Assembly: GCA_017621475.1 (NCBI GenBank)
Contig: JAGATA010000039.1
Location: forward strand, 30,108 to 94,107
Source: Clostridia bacterium
Lineage (GTDB): Bacteria; Bacillota; Clostridia; Oscillospirales; CAG-272
Length of the DNA: 64,000 nt
Direction of reading: 5' to 3'
The position numbers and the translations under genes are program-made. Under the pieces are notes generated by a model, which had not been told where the DNA came from, searched no databases, and was given only the letters and a program-made list of their open reading frames with translations. Shown here one piece after another: positions 1-8,375 of this stretch. Position 1 is the stretch's first letter, and each line of letters begins with the position of its first letter.

Positions 1-1312
1 TCTCGCTTTTGCCGGTAAGCACCTTTTCAACTCTTGACGTGAAGAAGCTGTCGCAAAGCCAGCCTGCACGTTCACGGGAAGGGCAGTCCATAAATATGGT
101 AAAGGTATTCTGACAGTACGTTTCTACCGCCGCGTCGAATATCTTCTTCATATCGGCATCATTTCCGTTATATTTTTTATCCGTGGGGTTAGCGCCGAAA
201 TAAACAAGACCTACATTTGAAATAGCGGCTTTGCCTTTTGTCACAAAAACGTGCATAGCGCCCATTGTGTAAGGTTCAAAAGTGGAAACACGGTAAGTGC
301 CTTTTTTCATTCTCCAAAGAAGCGCGTTTACTGTGTACATACGGCGGAAATTTATAAGTCCGTTTTCTCCAAGAAATTCATCAAAAGTGACGAGAACCTC
401 GGTATCTTCCTCGCAGGTAATGTCCATTTCCACTCGGCCTGTTGTGTTGAACGCCATTTTATATGTAACGCCTTTGCCGCATTCTACGGTTTGAATATCG
501 GGCTTTTTATCCGTTTTATGAACAGCACTTACCTCAATATTTCGCGCTTTCATAAAAACGTCTGTTTCAACTTCGCCGAGCGAAAATGATTTTTTGCTGG
601 GACCTGTATTTTTGCCGCGAGGAACGATATATTCGGGGTAACGAACTTCGCTTGTATCGCCGGTATAAACGTTAAAATCGAGGTGCGAAACTATCTTTTC
701 TGCGTAAATGGTATCATATTCGGTGTATTCACAACCTCGTTCTATGAAGGTTTTATCTTCTGTTTTTTGAGCGTATGCAATGGCATAATCACGTGGGTTT
801 ATTTCTTCATCCTGTACCCATTTCCGGATTTTGGGTGTGAGGTTATATATTTCACAGAAAGTGCGCTGACCTGCATAACGCTGTGCTTTCTGCTCATGCT
901 CCGTCATAACGCGGCACAAAAAGCCTTCACTGCCCGTTGCGGCGGTAATTTTGCCATCCTCTATAAGCTCTGCACAGAGGAACGACGGCTGGTTTAGGTG
1001 ATAAAAAGAATCTGCATTATAGCCGGCTACCTCGATAGTAATAACACATTTTTCTTTTATATATTCGGAGAGGTCGAGCTCATCTACACGGTAAAAGCCG
1101 TGCGCACTTCTTGCAGGACCAAAAGCTACAAATTTTCCTCCAACCTTGACGTTGTAGGCGGAAGAACCCGTAAGGCGCAAAACTGTACTTTGTGCGCCGC
1201 TTGCAATTGTACGGAAGGAAAGCCAAAGATTCATTTCATTTTCTCTTCCGAGGAGCCAAACGGGCGAAGCTTTTTCAAATTTAACTTTTTTTGCTGGGAA
1301 TTTTGTTTCCAT
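1..1312 (-). CDS. alpha-L-rhamnosidase-like glycoside hydrolase (GH78-type), N-terminal ~437 codons; 3' end lies beyond the window start
   Basis: Absent from the ORF track because it runs off the window. The reverse strand read from ATG 1312 stays open to position 1 (METKFPAKKVKFEKASPVWLLGRENEMNLWLSFRT...FMDCPSRERAGWLCDSFF). The DCPxRERxGW string is typical of GH78 catalytic domains. An AAGAGGA RBS lies 8 nt upstream. Confidence 0.6.
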   Translation of the reverse strand, partial: METKFPAKKVKFEKASPVWLLGRENEMNLWLSFRTIASGAQSTVLRLTGSSAYNVKVGGKFVAFGPARSAHGFYRVDELDLSEYIKEKCVITIEVAGYNADSFYHLNQPSFLCAELIEDGKITAATGSEGFLCRVMTEHEQKAQRYAGQRTFCEIYNLTPKIRKWVQDEEINPRDYAIAYAQKTEDKTFIERGCEYTEYDTIYAEKIVSHLDFNVYTGDTSEVRYPEYIVPRGKNTGPSKKSFSLGEVETDVFMKARNIEVSAVHKTDKKPDIQTVECGKGVTYKMAFNTTGRVEMDITCEEDTEVLVTFDEFLGENGLINFRRMYTVNALLWRMKKGTYRVSTFEPYTMGAMHVFVTKGKAAISNVGLVYFGANPTDKKYNGNDADMKKIFDAAVETYCQNTFTIFMDCPSRERAGWLCDSFFTSRVEKVLTGKSE

Positions 1313-1333
1313 AATATTTTTCCTCTTAAAACT

Positions 1334-1361
1334 AAAGCCGCCGATAAGCATCGGCGGCTTT
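1334..1361 (-). terminator. rho-independent terminator downstream of gap
   Basis: Hairpin GCCGCCGA-n6-TCGGCGGC flanked by A and T runs. Confidence 0.5.
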
Positions 1362-1383
1362 GCGGTTACTTGAGTATTCTCAA

Positions 1384-2403
1384 TTAGTTGAGTTCTGCGA
1401 AGTATTTGATTGTACGAACCATCTGGCTTGTGTAGCTGTTTTCATTGTCATACCAAGAAACAACCTGAACCTGATATGTGTCGTCATCAATCTTAGCAAC
1501 CATTGTCTGTGTTGCATCGAAGAGAGAACCGTAGGAGATACCGATAATGTCGGAAGAAACGATCTGATCTTCGTTGTAACCGAAGGATGCGGAAGCAGAA
1601 GCTTTCATAGCAGCGTTGATACCTTCAACTGTAACATCTTTGCCTTTAACAACTGCAACGAGGATTGTTGTGGAACCTGTGCATGTGGGAACACGCTGAG
1701 CGGAACCGATGAGTTTGCCGTTGAGTTCGGGAATTACAAGACCGATAGCTTTAGCAGCGCCTGTGGAGTTAGGAACGATGTTCTGAGCGCCTGCACGAGC
1801 ACGACGAAGGTCGCCTTTTCTGTGGGGACCGTCGAGGATCATCTGGTCACCTGTGTAAGCATGAACTGTTGTCATGATACCGCTCTGGATAGGAGCATAG
1901 TCATTAAGAGCTTTAGCCATAGGAGCAAGGCAGTTTGTTGTGCAAGATGCAGCAGAGATGATCTTATCTTCAGCTGTAAGTGTGTTTTCGTTTACAGAGA
2001 AAACGATTGTTTTAAGGTCTTTACCTGCAGGAGCAGAGATAACAACCTTCTTAGCGCCTGCGTTGATGTGAGCCATAGATTTTTCTGTGGAGCAGTAGAA
2101 ACCTGTGCATTCGAGAACAACATCTACGCCAAGTTCACCCCAAGGGCAGTTAGCAGCGTCTTTTTCGGCATAGATCTTGAGAACCTTGCCGTCAACTGTG
2201 ATTGTGTTAGCTTCGTCATCAGAAGTAACTGTATGACCGTCGTAGCGACCCTGAGCTGTATCGTACTTGAGAAGGTGAGCAAGCATGGAAGGCTTTGTAA
2301 GGTCGTTGATTGCAACGATCTCATAACCTTCTGCGCCAAACATCTGACGGAATGCGAGACGACCGATACGGCCAAAACCATTGATAGCAACTTTTACTGA
2401 CAT
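1384..2403 (-). CDS. gap: type I glyceraldehyde-3-phosphate dehydrogenase
   Basis: 339-aa ORF with [12 protein letters not shown]-binding start and catalytic SCTTNC. Confidence 0.95.
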   Translation of the reverse strand: MSVKVAINGFGRIGRLAFRQMFGAEGYEIVAINDLTKPSMLAHLLKYDTAQGRYDGHTVTSDDEANTITVDGKVLKIYAEKDAANCPWGELGVDVVLECTGFYCSTEKSMAHINAGAKKVVISAPAGKDLKTIVFSVNENTLTAEDKIISAASCTTNCLAPMAKALNDYAPIQSGIMTTVHAYTGDQMILDGPHRKGDLRRARAGAQNIVPNSTGAAKAIGLVIPELNGKLIGSAQRVPTCTGSTTILVAVVKGKDVTVEGINAAMKASASASFGYNEDQIVSSDIIGISYGSLFDATQTMVAKIDDDTYQVQVVSWYDNENSYTSQMVRTIKYFAELN

Positions 2404-2635
2404 TTTAAAATTCCTCCGAATATGATTTGAAATTTTTTTGAAAAGTGCGTTGGAAATGAATTTCCATTTACTTATATTTTATCTCCATAAGCGAAATTTT
2501 ACAATAGTTTTTTAAAAAAATTTTTCAAAAAATAAAAAAATTTAATGATTGAACATAAAAACGGTATGTTTTTTGAATTTTTTTGTACTATTGAGAGAAA
2601 AATAATTAAACCAAATAATTAAAAAGGAGTAAAAA

Positions 2636-3088
2636 ATGGAAAACAGCAAAATGAATAACGCAGCTCAAGAACTTATGCAGGCAGTATATAAGAATGCGAA
2701 AATGGGTTCGGATGCAGTAACCACGATAATTGGAAAAACGAAGGATGCAAAATTGCGCGAAGAGCTTACAAGTCAGCTTGAATCCTACTACGGATTTGAA
2801 ACCGCTGCAAAAAACAAGCTTCTTGAAATGTCCGTTGAGGCAAAAGACCCCGGTATGCTTTCGAAGCTCCCGGCAGACATCTCTATCAAAATGAGCACAA
2901 TGATGGATTCTTCAAATTCAAAAATCGCGGAGCTTATGATAGGCGGATATAATATGGGTATCGTTGATATTCAAAAAAGCATGAACCAAGCAGAAAATGA
3001 AGGCGTTTCGGAGGATGTTATGAATATTGCAAACGGTATTATGGCTTTTGAAGAGGGTAGCGCAGAGAAAATGAAAAAGTATTTGTAA
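2636..3088 (+). CDS. hypothetical helical protein
   Basis: 150-aa ORF with an AAGGAG RBS 6 nt upstream. No family recognised. Confidence 0.55.
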   Translation: MENSKMNNAAQELMQAVYKNAKMGSDAVTTIIGKTKDAKLREELTSQLESYYGFETAAKNKLLEMSVEAKDPGMLSKLPADISIKMSTMMDSSNSKIAELMIGGYNMGIVDIQKSMNQAENEGVSEDVMNIANGIMAFEEGSAEKMKKYL

Positions 3089-3094
3089 ATACGG

Positions 3095-3123
3095 AAAAAG
3101 AGGTCGCGCCGCGACCTCTTTAT
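3095..3123. terminator. bidirectional terminator between convergent genes
   Basis: AGAGGTCGCG/CGCGACCTCT stem flanked by an A-run and a T-run. Confidence 0.6.
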
Positions 3124-3124
3124 A

Positions 3125-3658
3125 TTATTCATGCACAGTTATGTTTACGGCAATTTCCGTGGTAACTATTTCTTTTTCTCCCGTTTCGCGGTCATAGAAC
3201 AGCACAAGATATTTGCCGATATACGTTCCTTCAGAAAGAGAGTGCTTGATTTTCGGAACAAGATCGAGAGTTGTAACTTTGTTACCGGGATTAATAAGCC
3301 CCGATTGAGCTATAACGGTATCTTGAACGATCAGCTGAACAATTATATCCTGGTTAGATTTTGACGGATTGCCGAACATCATACGGGCTTTTTCCGTTGA
3401 AAGGTCTATTGCAATATTTTTTGTATATGCCAAAGATGCCGCACCGCCTCCTTCGGGAGTTTCCATGGTTCCTTGCGAACCATCGTTCATTGGCTCTGCA
3501 TATTTATCCGTTTTGCTTGGTGCAATATCGGGTGAAAGCACGGGAGCTTCTTCCCTTGTGAGGAAAAGAAAAGCGCATATGCACAGCAGGAACACTATAA
3601 CGGCAACCAAAACGGATATTATGATTCTGTTTTGCATTTGAGGGGTTTTATTTTCCAA
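3125..3658 (-). CDS. hypothetical membrane-anchored protein
   Basis: 177-aa ORF with a single N-terminal TM helix (IIISVLVAVIVFLLCICAFLF). Confidence 0.6.
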   Translation of the reverse strand: MENKTPQMQNRIIISVLVAVIVFLLCICAFLFLTREEAPVLSPDIAPSKTDKYAEPMNDGSQGTMETPEGGGAASLAYTKNIAIDLSTEKARMMFGNPSKSNQDIIVQLIVQDTVIAQSGLINPGNKVTTLDLVPKIKHSLSEGTYIGKYLVLFYDRETGEKEIVTTEIAVNITVHE

Positions 3659-3664
3659 GTTCCG

Positions 3665-4354
3665 TCACTCCTCCACAGGTATTCGCTTTTTATTAAAGGG
3701 ACAAACGCTCATACAAATTCCGCATACGGCACCTCTGCCGATATGCTTGTATGTTTTCATATGCTCGGAGCATTTTTTTGCATCAAATATTTCTTTTCTT
3801 GGGTGCCCCGGAATATATTCTTCGCCGGTTATTGCATGAGCGGGGCAGGCATCGCGGCAAATATTGCAAGCGCCGCATTTGGAAGTCTGTATCTCGCCCG
3901 TGGGTTCAAGCGGCATATCTGTAAGAATGGTTGCAAGGCGCACAAAAGAGCCGTATTTATTTGTTATGAGCACGCCGCTTTTACCGATAAAGCCAAGTCC
4001 GGACATAACCGCACCTGTTTTGTGTGGGAATAGCCCCTTGTATTCTTCTTTTTCGTCCGGCGTACTTTGCGAGGCTGCTATTGGAAGCGCAAGGTAGCCT
4101 TTCTTTTCTATAAAAGATACAGCATCCAGCGCAAGAAGGTCAAGCTTTGTATTGGTTATTCTGTAATGCTGAAAATACATCATAGAAGGTGCGCCTTGTA
4201 TGGTATCTGTAACCGCGCGGGAAAGGCGGCGCACTATAGTTATTGCATATGGGTATTTAGAGAGTTCTTGCGGCAGGGAAGTTTTCACACAGGAAAAACC
4301 TATAAGATCTGCACCGTTAGCCGAAAGAAGCTCTTTGAGCTCTTTTTCAAACAA
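3665..4354 (-). CDS. 4Fe-4S double-cluster protein, epoxyqueuosine-reductase (QueG)-like
   Basis: 229-aa ORF with two ferredoxin motifs, CGACNICRDACP and CGICMSVCP. Confidence 0.6.
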   Translation of the reverse strand: MFEKELKELLSANGADLIGFSCVKTSLPQELSKYPYAITIVRRLSRAVTDTIQGAPSMMYFQHYRITNTKLDLLALDAVSFIEKKGYLALPIAASQSTPDEKEEYKGLFPHKTGAVMSGLGFIGKSGVLITNKYGSFVRLATILTDMPLEPTGEIQTSKCGACNICRDACPAHAITGEEYIPGHPRKEIFDAKKCSEHMKTYKHIGRGAVCGICMSVCPFNKKRIPVEE

Positions 4355-4486
4355 TTTAATATCACCTCTTGTCGATATATTTGTTATTTTAGCATATATA
4401 TTGTATAAAGAACAAGCCTTTTTGAGAAATATTTTAAGCTTTACGGCATAAAAATTTATTGATTATAATTTTGGAGGTATATTATT

Positions 4487-4774
4487 ATGCAAAGAGAGAA
4501 CTTTAATTCGCTTCGTGATAAAGAGGTTATAAACGTTTGCGACGGAAAAAGGCTGGGTTACATAAATGATGTTGAAATAGATGTATGCGATGGAAAAGTA
4601 TGTGCAATTGTGGTACTCTTTGACTGCCGCGTTTTCGGATTTGGAAAATGCGAGGAGCTTGTCATTCCCTGGGAGAAAATAAATTGTTTTGGTTCGGATG
4701 CAGTGCTTGTAAATATAGGCACCGAGATATATCAAAAGCTCGGTTGTGAAAGCAAAAATCAAAAGAAAAAATAA
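4487..4774 (+). CDS. YlmC/YmxH-family sporulation protein (PRC barrel)
   Basis: 95-aa ORF containing VINVCDGKRLGYINDVEID..GKVCAIVV, typical of this family. Confidence 0.8.
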   Translation: MQRENFNSLRDKEVINVCDGKRLGYINDVEIDVCDGKVCAIVVLFDCRVFGFGKCEELVIPWEKINCFGSDAVLVNIGTEIYQKLGCESKNQKKK

Positions 4775-4808
4775 TTCTAAAAAATATTAAAAAAATACAA
4801 AAAAACGC

Positions 4809-4837
4809 TTGCATTTTTGTGAAAGTTATGATAATAT
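4809..4837 (+). promoter_or_regulatory. sigma-A-type promoter for rpsB-tsf
   Basis: TTGCAT, 17 nt spacer, TAATAT, with TG just upstream of the -10. Confidence 0.5.
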
Positions 4838-4978
4838 ATGTAGGTCTGTGAAATGTTTATAATCACAGATAAAATAAATATAAAAATCCACACACGAAAA
4901 AAATGCATCGGTGCCGCACAGCGGTCTTGCATCTGACTTTTTTTCGTGGCGGACAAAACCAAAAAAGGAGAAAACAAA

Positions 4979-5743
4979 ATGTCAGTAATCACAATCAAAC
5001 AGTTGCTCGAAGCAGGTGTACACTTTGGTCACCACACAAGAAGATGGAACCCTAAAATGGCTGAATACATCTTCACAGAAAGAAACGGCATCTACATCAT
5101 CGACCTTCAGAAAACAGTTGGTAAAGTAGATGAAGCTTATATGTTCGTTCGCGAACTCGCTGCAAACGGCGGTAAGATCCTCTTCGTAGGTACAAAGAAA
5201 CAGGCTGCAGACGCAGTTAAAGAAGAAGCAGAACGTTGCGGTATGTACTATGTAAACGTACGTTGGCTCGGCGGTATGCTCACAAACTACAAAACAATCA
5301 AAAACAGCATCAGACGCCTCGAATCTCTCGAAGCTATGAAAGAAAACGGCACATTCGCTCTTCTTCCCAAGAAAGAAGTTGCTGTTCTTGAAAAAGAAAT
5401 GTCCGACCTTAACAAGAACCTTGGCGGTATCAAGGAAATGCCCGGTCTTCCCGACGCTATTTTCATCGTAGACCCCAAGAAGGAACACAACGCTGTTCTC
5501 GAAGCTAAGAAGCTCGGCATTCCGGTTGTTGCTATCGTTGATACAAACTGCGACCCCGATGACGCAGACTACATCATTCCCGGTAACGATGACGCTATCC
5601 GCGCTATCAAGCTCATCTCTTCCGTACTCGCTGACGCTGTAATCGAAGGCAACCAGGGCGAACAGAACGCTGCTGCTGAAGAAAGCAACGTTGTAGTTGA
5701 AGCTACAAGCGATATTGAAGCTGCTAAGACAGACGCTGAATAA
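4979..5743 (+). CDS. rpsB: 30S ribosomal protein S2
   Basis: [19 protein letters not shown] signature. Start placed at ATG 4979 (AAGGAG RBS 8 nt upstream) instead of the track start at 4946. Confidence 0.95.
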   Translation: MSVITIKQLLEAGVHFGHHTRRWNPKMAEYIFTERNGIYIIDLQKTVGKVDEAYMFVRELAANGGKILFVGTKKQAADAVKEEAERCGMYYVNVRWLGGMLTNYKTIKNSIRRLESLEAMKENGTFALLPKKEVAVLEKEMSDLNKNLGGIKEMPGLPDAIFIVDPKKEHNAVLEAKKLGIPVVAIVDTNCDPDDADYIIPGNDDAIRAIKLISSVLADAVIEGNQGEQNAAAEESNVVVEATSDIEAAKTDAE

Positions 5744-5802
5744 TTTCGGTTAAAACTTTACCTATATAAATATAAAGATATACAATACAGGAGGAAACTA
5801 AA

Positions 5803-6729
5803 ATGGCTAATATTAATGCAAAAATGGTTGGCGACCTCAAAAAACAGACAGGTGCCGGTCTTATGGACTGCAAAAAAGCACTTGTTGAAGCAGACGGCGA
5901 CGTTGATAAGGCAATAAAGATCCTTCGCGAAAAAGGTCTTTCCGCTGCTGCTAAAAAAGCTGACAGAATCGCTGCAGACGGTCTTGTTGACATTATGAAA
6001 GACGGCGACGTTACAGCAATGGTTGAAGTTAACACAGAAACAGACTTCGTTGCTAAGAACGCTACATTCCAGGAATTCGTAAAAGGTCTTCTCAGAACTG
6101 TTATCACAAACAGACCCGCTGATATCGAAGCGCTTAACGCTTGCAAATTCGATGGCACAGACTACACAGTTGAAGAAACCGTAAAAGACAAGATATTCAC
6201 TATCGGTGAAAAGATCTCCGTTCGTCGTTTCGTTGTTGTTGAAGGCACAACAAGCACATATATCCACGGCACAGGCGTTACAGGTGTTATCGTTAAGTTT
6301 GTTGCTGACGATGCTGCTGTAAACAACGAAGGTTTTGCAGAATTCGCAAAGAACATCGCTCTTCAGATCGCAGCATACCCTACACCTTACCTCAACAGAG
6401 AAGCGGTTCCCGCAAATGTTGTTGAAGACGAAAAAGCAGTTATCACAAACCAGATGAAGAACGATCCCAAGATGGCTAACAAACCCGCAAAGGTTCTTGA
6501 AGGCATCGTAATGGGTAAACTCGGCAAATTCTATGAAGAAAACTGCCTCCTCGACAAAGAATACGTTAAGGACGACAGCATGAAGGTTAAACAGTACGTT
6601 GCATCCTGCGCTAAAGCTTTCGGCGGCAACATCGAAGTTGTTGGCTTTGAAAGATTTGAAAAGGGCGAAGGCATCGAAAAGAGACAGGATAACCTCGACG
6701 AAGAAGTTGCAAAGATGCTCGCTAAATAA
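5803..6729 (+). CDS. tsf: translation elongation factor Ts
   Basis: 308-aa ORF with the N-terminal LKKQTGAGLMDCKKAL motif. It follows rpsB as in most bacteria. Confidence 0.95.
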   Translation: MANINAKMVGDLKKQTGAGLMDCKKALVEADGDVDKAIKILREKGLSAAAKKADRIAADGLVDIMKDGDVTAMVEVNTETDFVAKNATFQEFVKGLLRTVITNRPADIEALNACKFDGTDYTVEETVKDKIFTIGEKISVRRFVVVEGTTSTYIHGTGVTGVIVKFVADDAAVNNEGFAEFAKNIALQIAAYPTPYLNREAVPANVVEDEKAVITNQMKNDPKMANKPAKVLEGIVMGKLGKFYEENCLLDKEYVKDDSMKVKQYVASCAKAFGGNIEVVGFERFEKGEGIEKRQDNLDEEVAKMLAK

Positions 6730-6747
6730 TTAGTGAAATAAATTAAA

Positions 6748-6780
6748 AGAGAGTGCAAAACGCACTCTCTTTCTTTGTTT
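6748..6780 (+). terminator. tsf terminator
   Basis: AGAGAGTGC/GCACTCTCT stem followed by a T-rich run. Confidence 0.65.
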
Positions 6781-6826
6781 GCCTTCCCCTTTGGGGAAGG
6801 GGGACCGCAAGGCGGTGGATAAGGAT

Positions 6827-6867
6827 AAAAAAAGAACCGCGTGTTGGAAAACAACACGCGGTTTTTT
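6827..6867. terminator. bidirectional terminator
   Basis: 12-bp stem AACCGCGTGTTG/CAACACGCGGTT with an A-run before and a T-run after. Confidence 0.6.
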
Positions 6868-6883
6868 GTATGAGGTATTTTTA

Positions 6884-7213
6884 TTAGCAACCTCTGCGGT
6901 TGTAGTCTTCGGAGAGAAGATTGAGTGCTTTGAATATTTGAAAGCAATACATAAATGAATTTGTGAATTTGTAATCAATTCCTCGTCTTTCTAATTCTGC
7001 TTCGATTCGTTTCATAGAATTAGGCGCAAATACAGAATCTTTTGAACCTAAAAGAAACCTTTCGGGCTTTGTGTTTTTTCCATCGTAGCGTGTCATGATT
7101 GTATTCATGTCTTTAGCAATGGGGTAAGAACCCAAAACATACAAAAGACCAAATGTACAACCTGAAGCCAACCAAAATGAAAATGCACTTCTGTCCGTTC
7201 TTAATTTTGTCAT
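6884..7213 (-). CDS. hypothetical small membrane protein
   Basis: 109-aa ORF with one hydrophobic helix near the N-terminus, in a low-GC stretch. Confidence 0.45.
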   Translation of the reverse strand: MTKLRTDRSAFSFWLASGCTFGLLYVLGSYPIAKDMNTIMTRYDGKNTKPERFLLGSKDSVFAPNSMKRIEAELERRGIDYKFTNSFMYCFQIFKALNLLSEDYNRRGC

Positions 7214-7240
7214 ATAAAAAATCTCCTTTTTAAATGAATT

Positions 7241-7936
7241 TTATTTTTCAATAAGTTCGGCTGTGCGTTTGTGAATTTCAGCAACTCTGGAAACGCAATG
7301 CTCGTGTTTTTGAATTTTTTTTATTACATTATCGTATCGTTCTTTTAGCATAGAGCGGTAAACTGAATCTTCAGATTTTAATGCGATTTTAAATACTTTT
7401 TCTCTGCAACGATTTAGGGAATGATGCCATGACCATCCTATGATTGCAAAGAATGTAAAAAGAATTAGCAGGGAAGAAGAATTTATTATAGAGCTGTTGA
7501 CTATGAAAACGAAGATAATAAAATAGGTAAGCAGAATAATTCCGTGGATAAAATGTATCTTATTTTTATCTTTTGATGTTCGCAGATCTGGATAAAAATG
7601 TGTTGCCCAATCTTCCATAGTGTGAACGTCCGGCGGCATATAAGGAGGTTCTGAAAAGTTGGCGCATAATGCCCAAAATTCTTCTTCCAATTCAACTATT
7701 TCATCGTAATTTGGCATTTTCGTGTCGCGTTCGAAAACAAGCTTTGTAAAATCTACCGTTTGCGTTTCGGAATGGATATAAGTCAGATTTTCGTATGAAA
7801 TAGCCCCGCGCGGAGACGAGGTCTGATTGAAAATACGTTGACTGCTTTTGAGCTTCCAACCGAAGCTTTGAAAAATGGTGATGACTTTTTCCTCTTCTTC
7901 GTTTTCAACGTCAACGCTTTTTATCTCCAATGACAT
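7241..7936 (-). CDS. hypothetical membrane protein (soluble N-domain, 2 TM, coiled C-terminus)
   Basis: 231-aa ORF with TM helices IHGIILLTYFIIFVFIV and LLILFTFFAIIGWSW. No family recognised. Confidence 0.55.
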   Translation of the reverse strand: MSLEIKSVDVENEEEEKVITIFQSFGWKLKSSQRIFNQTSSPRGAISYENLTYIHSETQTVDFTKLVFERDTKMPNYDEIVELEEEFWALCANFSEPPYMPPDVHTMEDWATHFYPDLRTSKDKNKIHFIHGIILLTYFIIFVFIVNSSIINSSSLLILFTFFAIIGWSWHHSLNRCREKVFKIALKSEDSVYRSMLKERYDNVIKKIQKHEHCVSRVAEIHKRTAELIEK

Positions 7937-7955
7937 AAATACCTCCTAAATTTCG

Positions 7956-8027
7956 TTTTGTCTTGTCATAGGACAATATTGAACTGCCAATAGTGTAACA
8001 TATAAATTGTCCTATGTCAAGACAAAA
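7956..8027. promoter_or_regulatory. divergent promoter region with a 22-bp inverted repeat (candidate XRE operator)
   Basis: TTTTGTCTTGTCATAGGACAAT (7956-7977) and ATTGTCCTATGTCAAGACAAAA (8006-8027) are reverse complements apart from one base. Confidence 0.55.
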
Positions 8028-8060
8028 ATGTTGAAATTTAAAAATTCTAAGGAGAGGTAA

Positions 8061-8324
8061 ATGGCTAGAATAATTGATGGTACGGAAATGAATCTTATTG
8101 GCGATAACGTAAAAAAGTACAGAAAACTCCGAAAAATGAGTCAGCAAGAGCTTTCAAACAAAATGGAGCTTATGGGCGTTTACGTTTGCCGAGGCTCCGT
8201 TTCAAGAATTGAAGACAGGTCGAGAACGGTTACGGATATAGAGCTATACGCTCTTGCAACTGTTTTGGAAGTTTCAGTCAACGATCTTCTCAATCAAAAA
8301 GAATTAGAAGAAAAATATAAATAA
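8061..8324 (+). CDS. XRE-family helix-turn-helix transcriptional regulator
   Basis: 87-aa ORF with the HTH_3 pattern IGDNVKKYRKLRKMSQQELSNKM...GSVSRIE. Confidence 0.8.
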   Translation: MARIIDGTEMNLIGDNVKKYRKLRKMSQQELSNKMELMGVYVCRGSVSRIEDRSRTVTDIELYALATVLEVSVNDLLNQKELEEKYK

Positions 8325-8357
8325 AAAGCTGTTGCGAATTTCGCAACAGCTTTTTTT
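8323..8357. terminator. bidirectional terminator
   Basis: AGCTGTTGCGA/TCGCAACAGCT stem between an A-run and a T-run. Confidence 0.65.
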
Positions 8358-8375
8358 GCTGATAATTATTATTTT

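Noticed and set aside
251-1387. Four + strand track ORFs in the first 1.4 kb.
   Set aside because: All lie antisense to a continuous minus-strand frame with a good RBS and a GH78-like motif. That frame is missing from the track only because it runs off the window.
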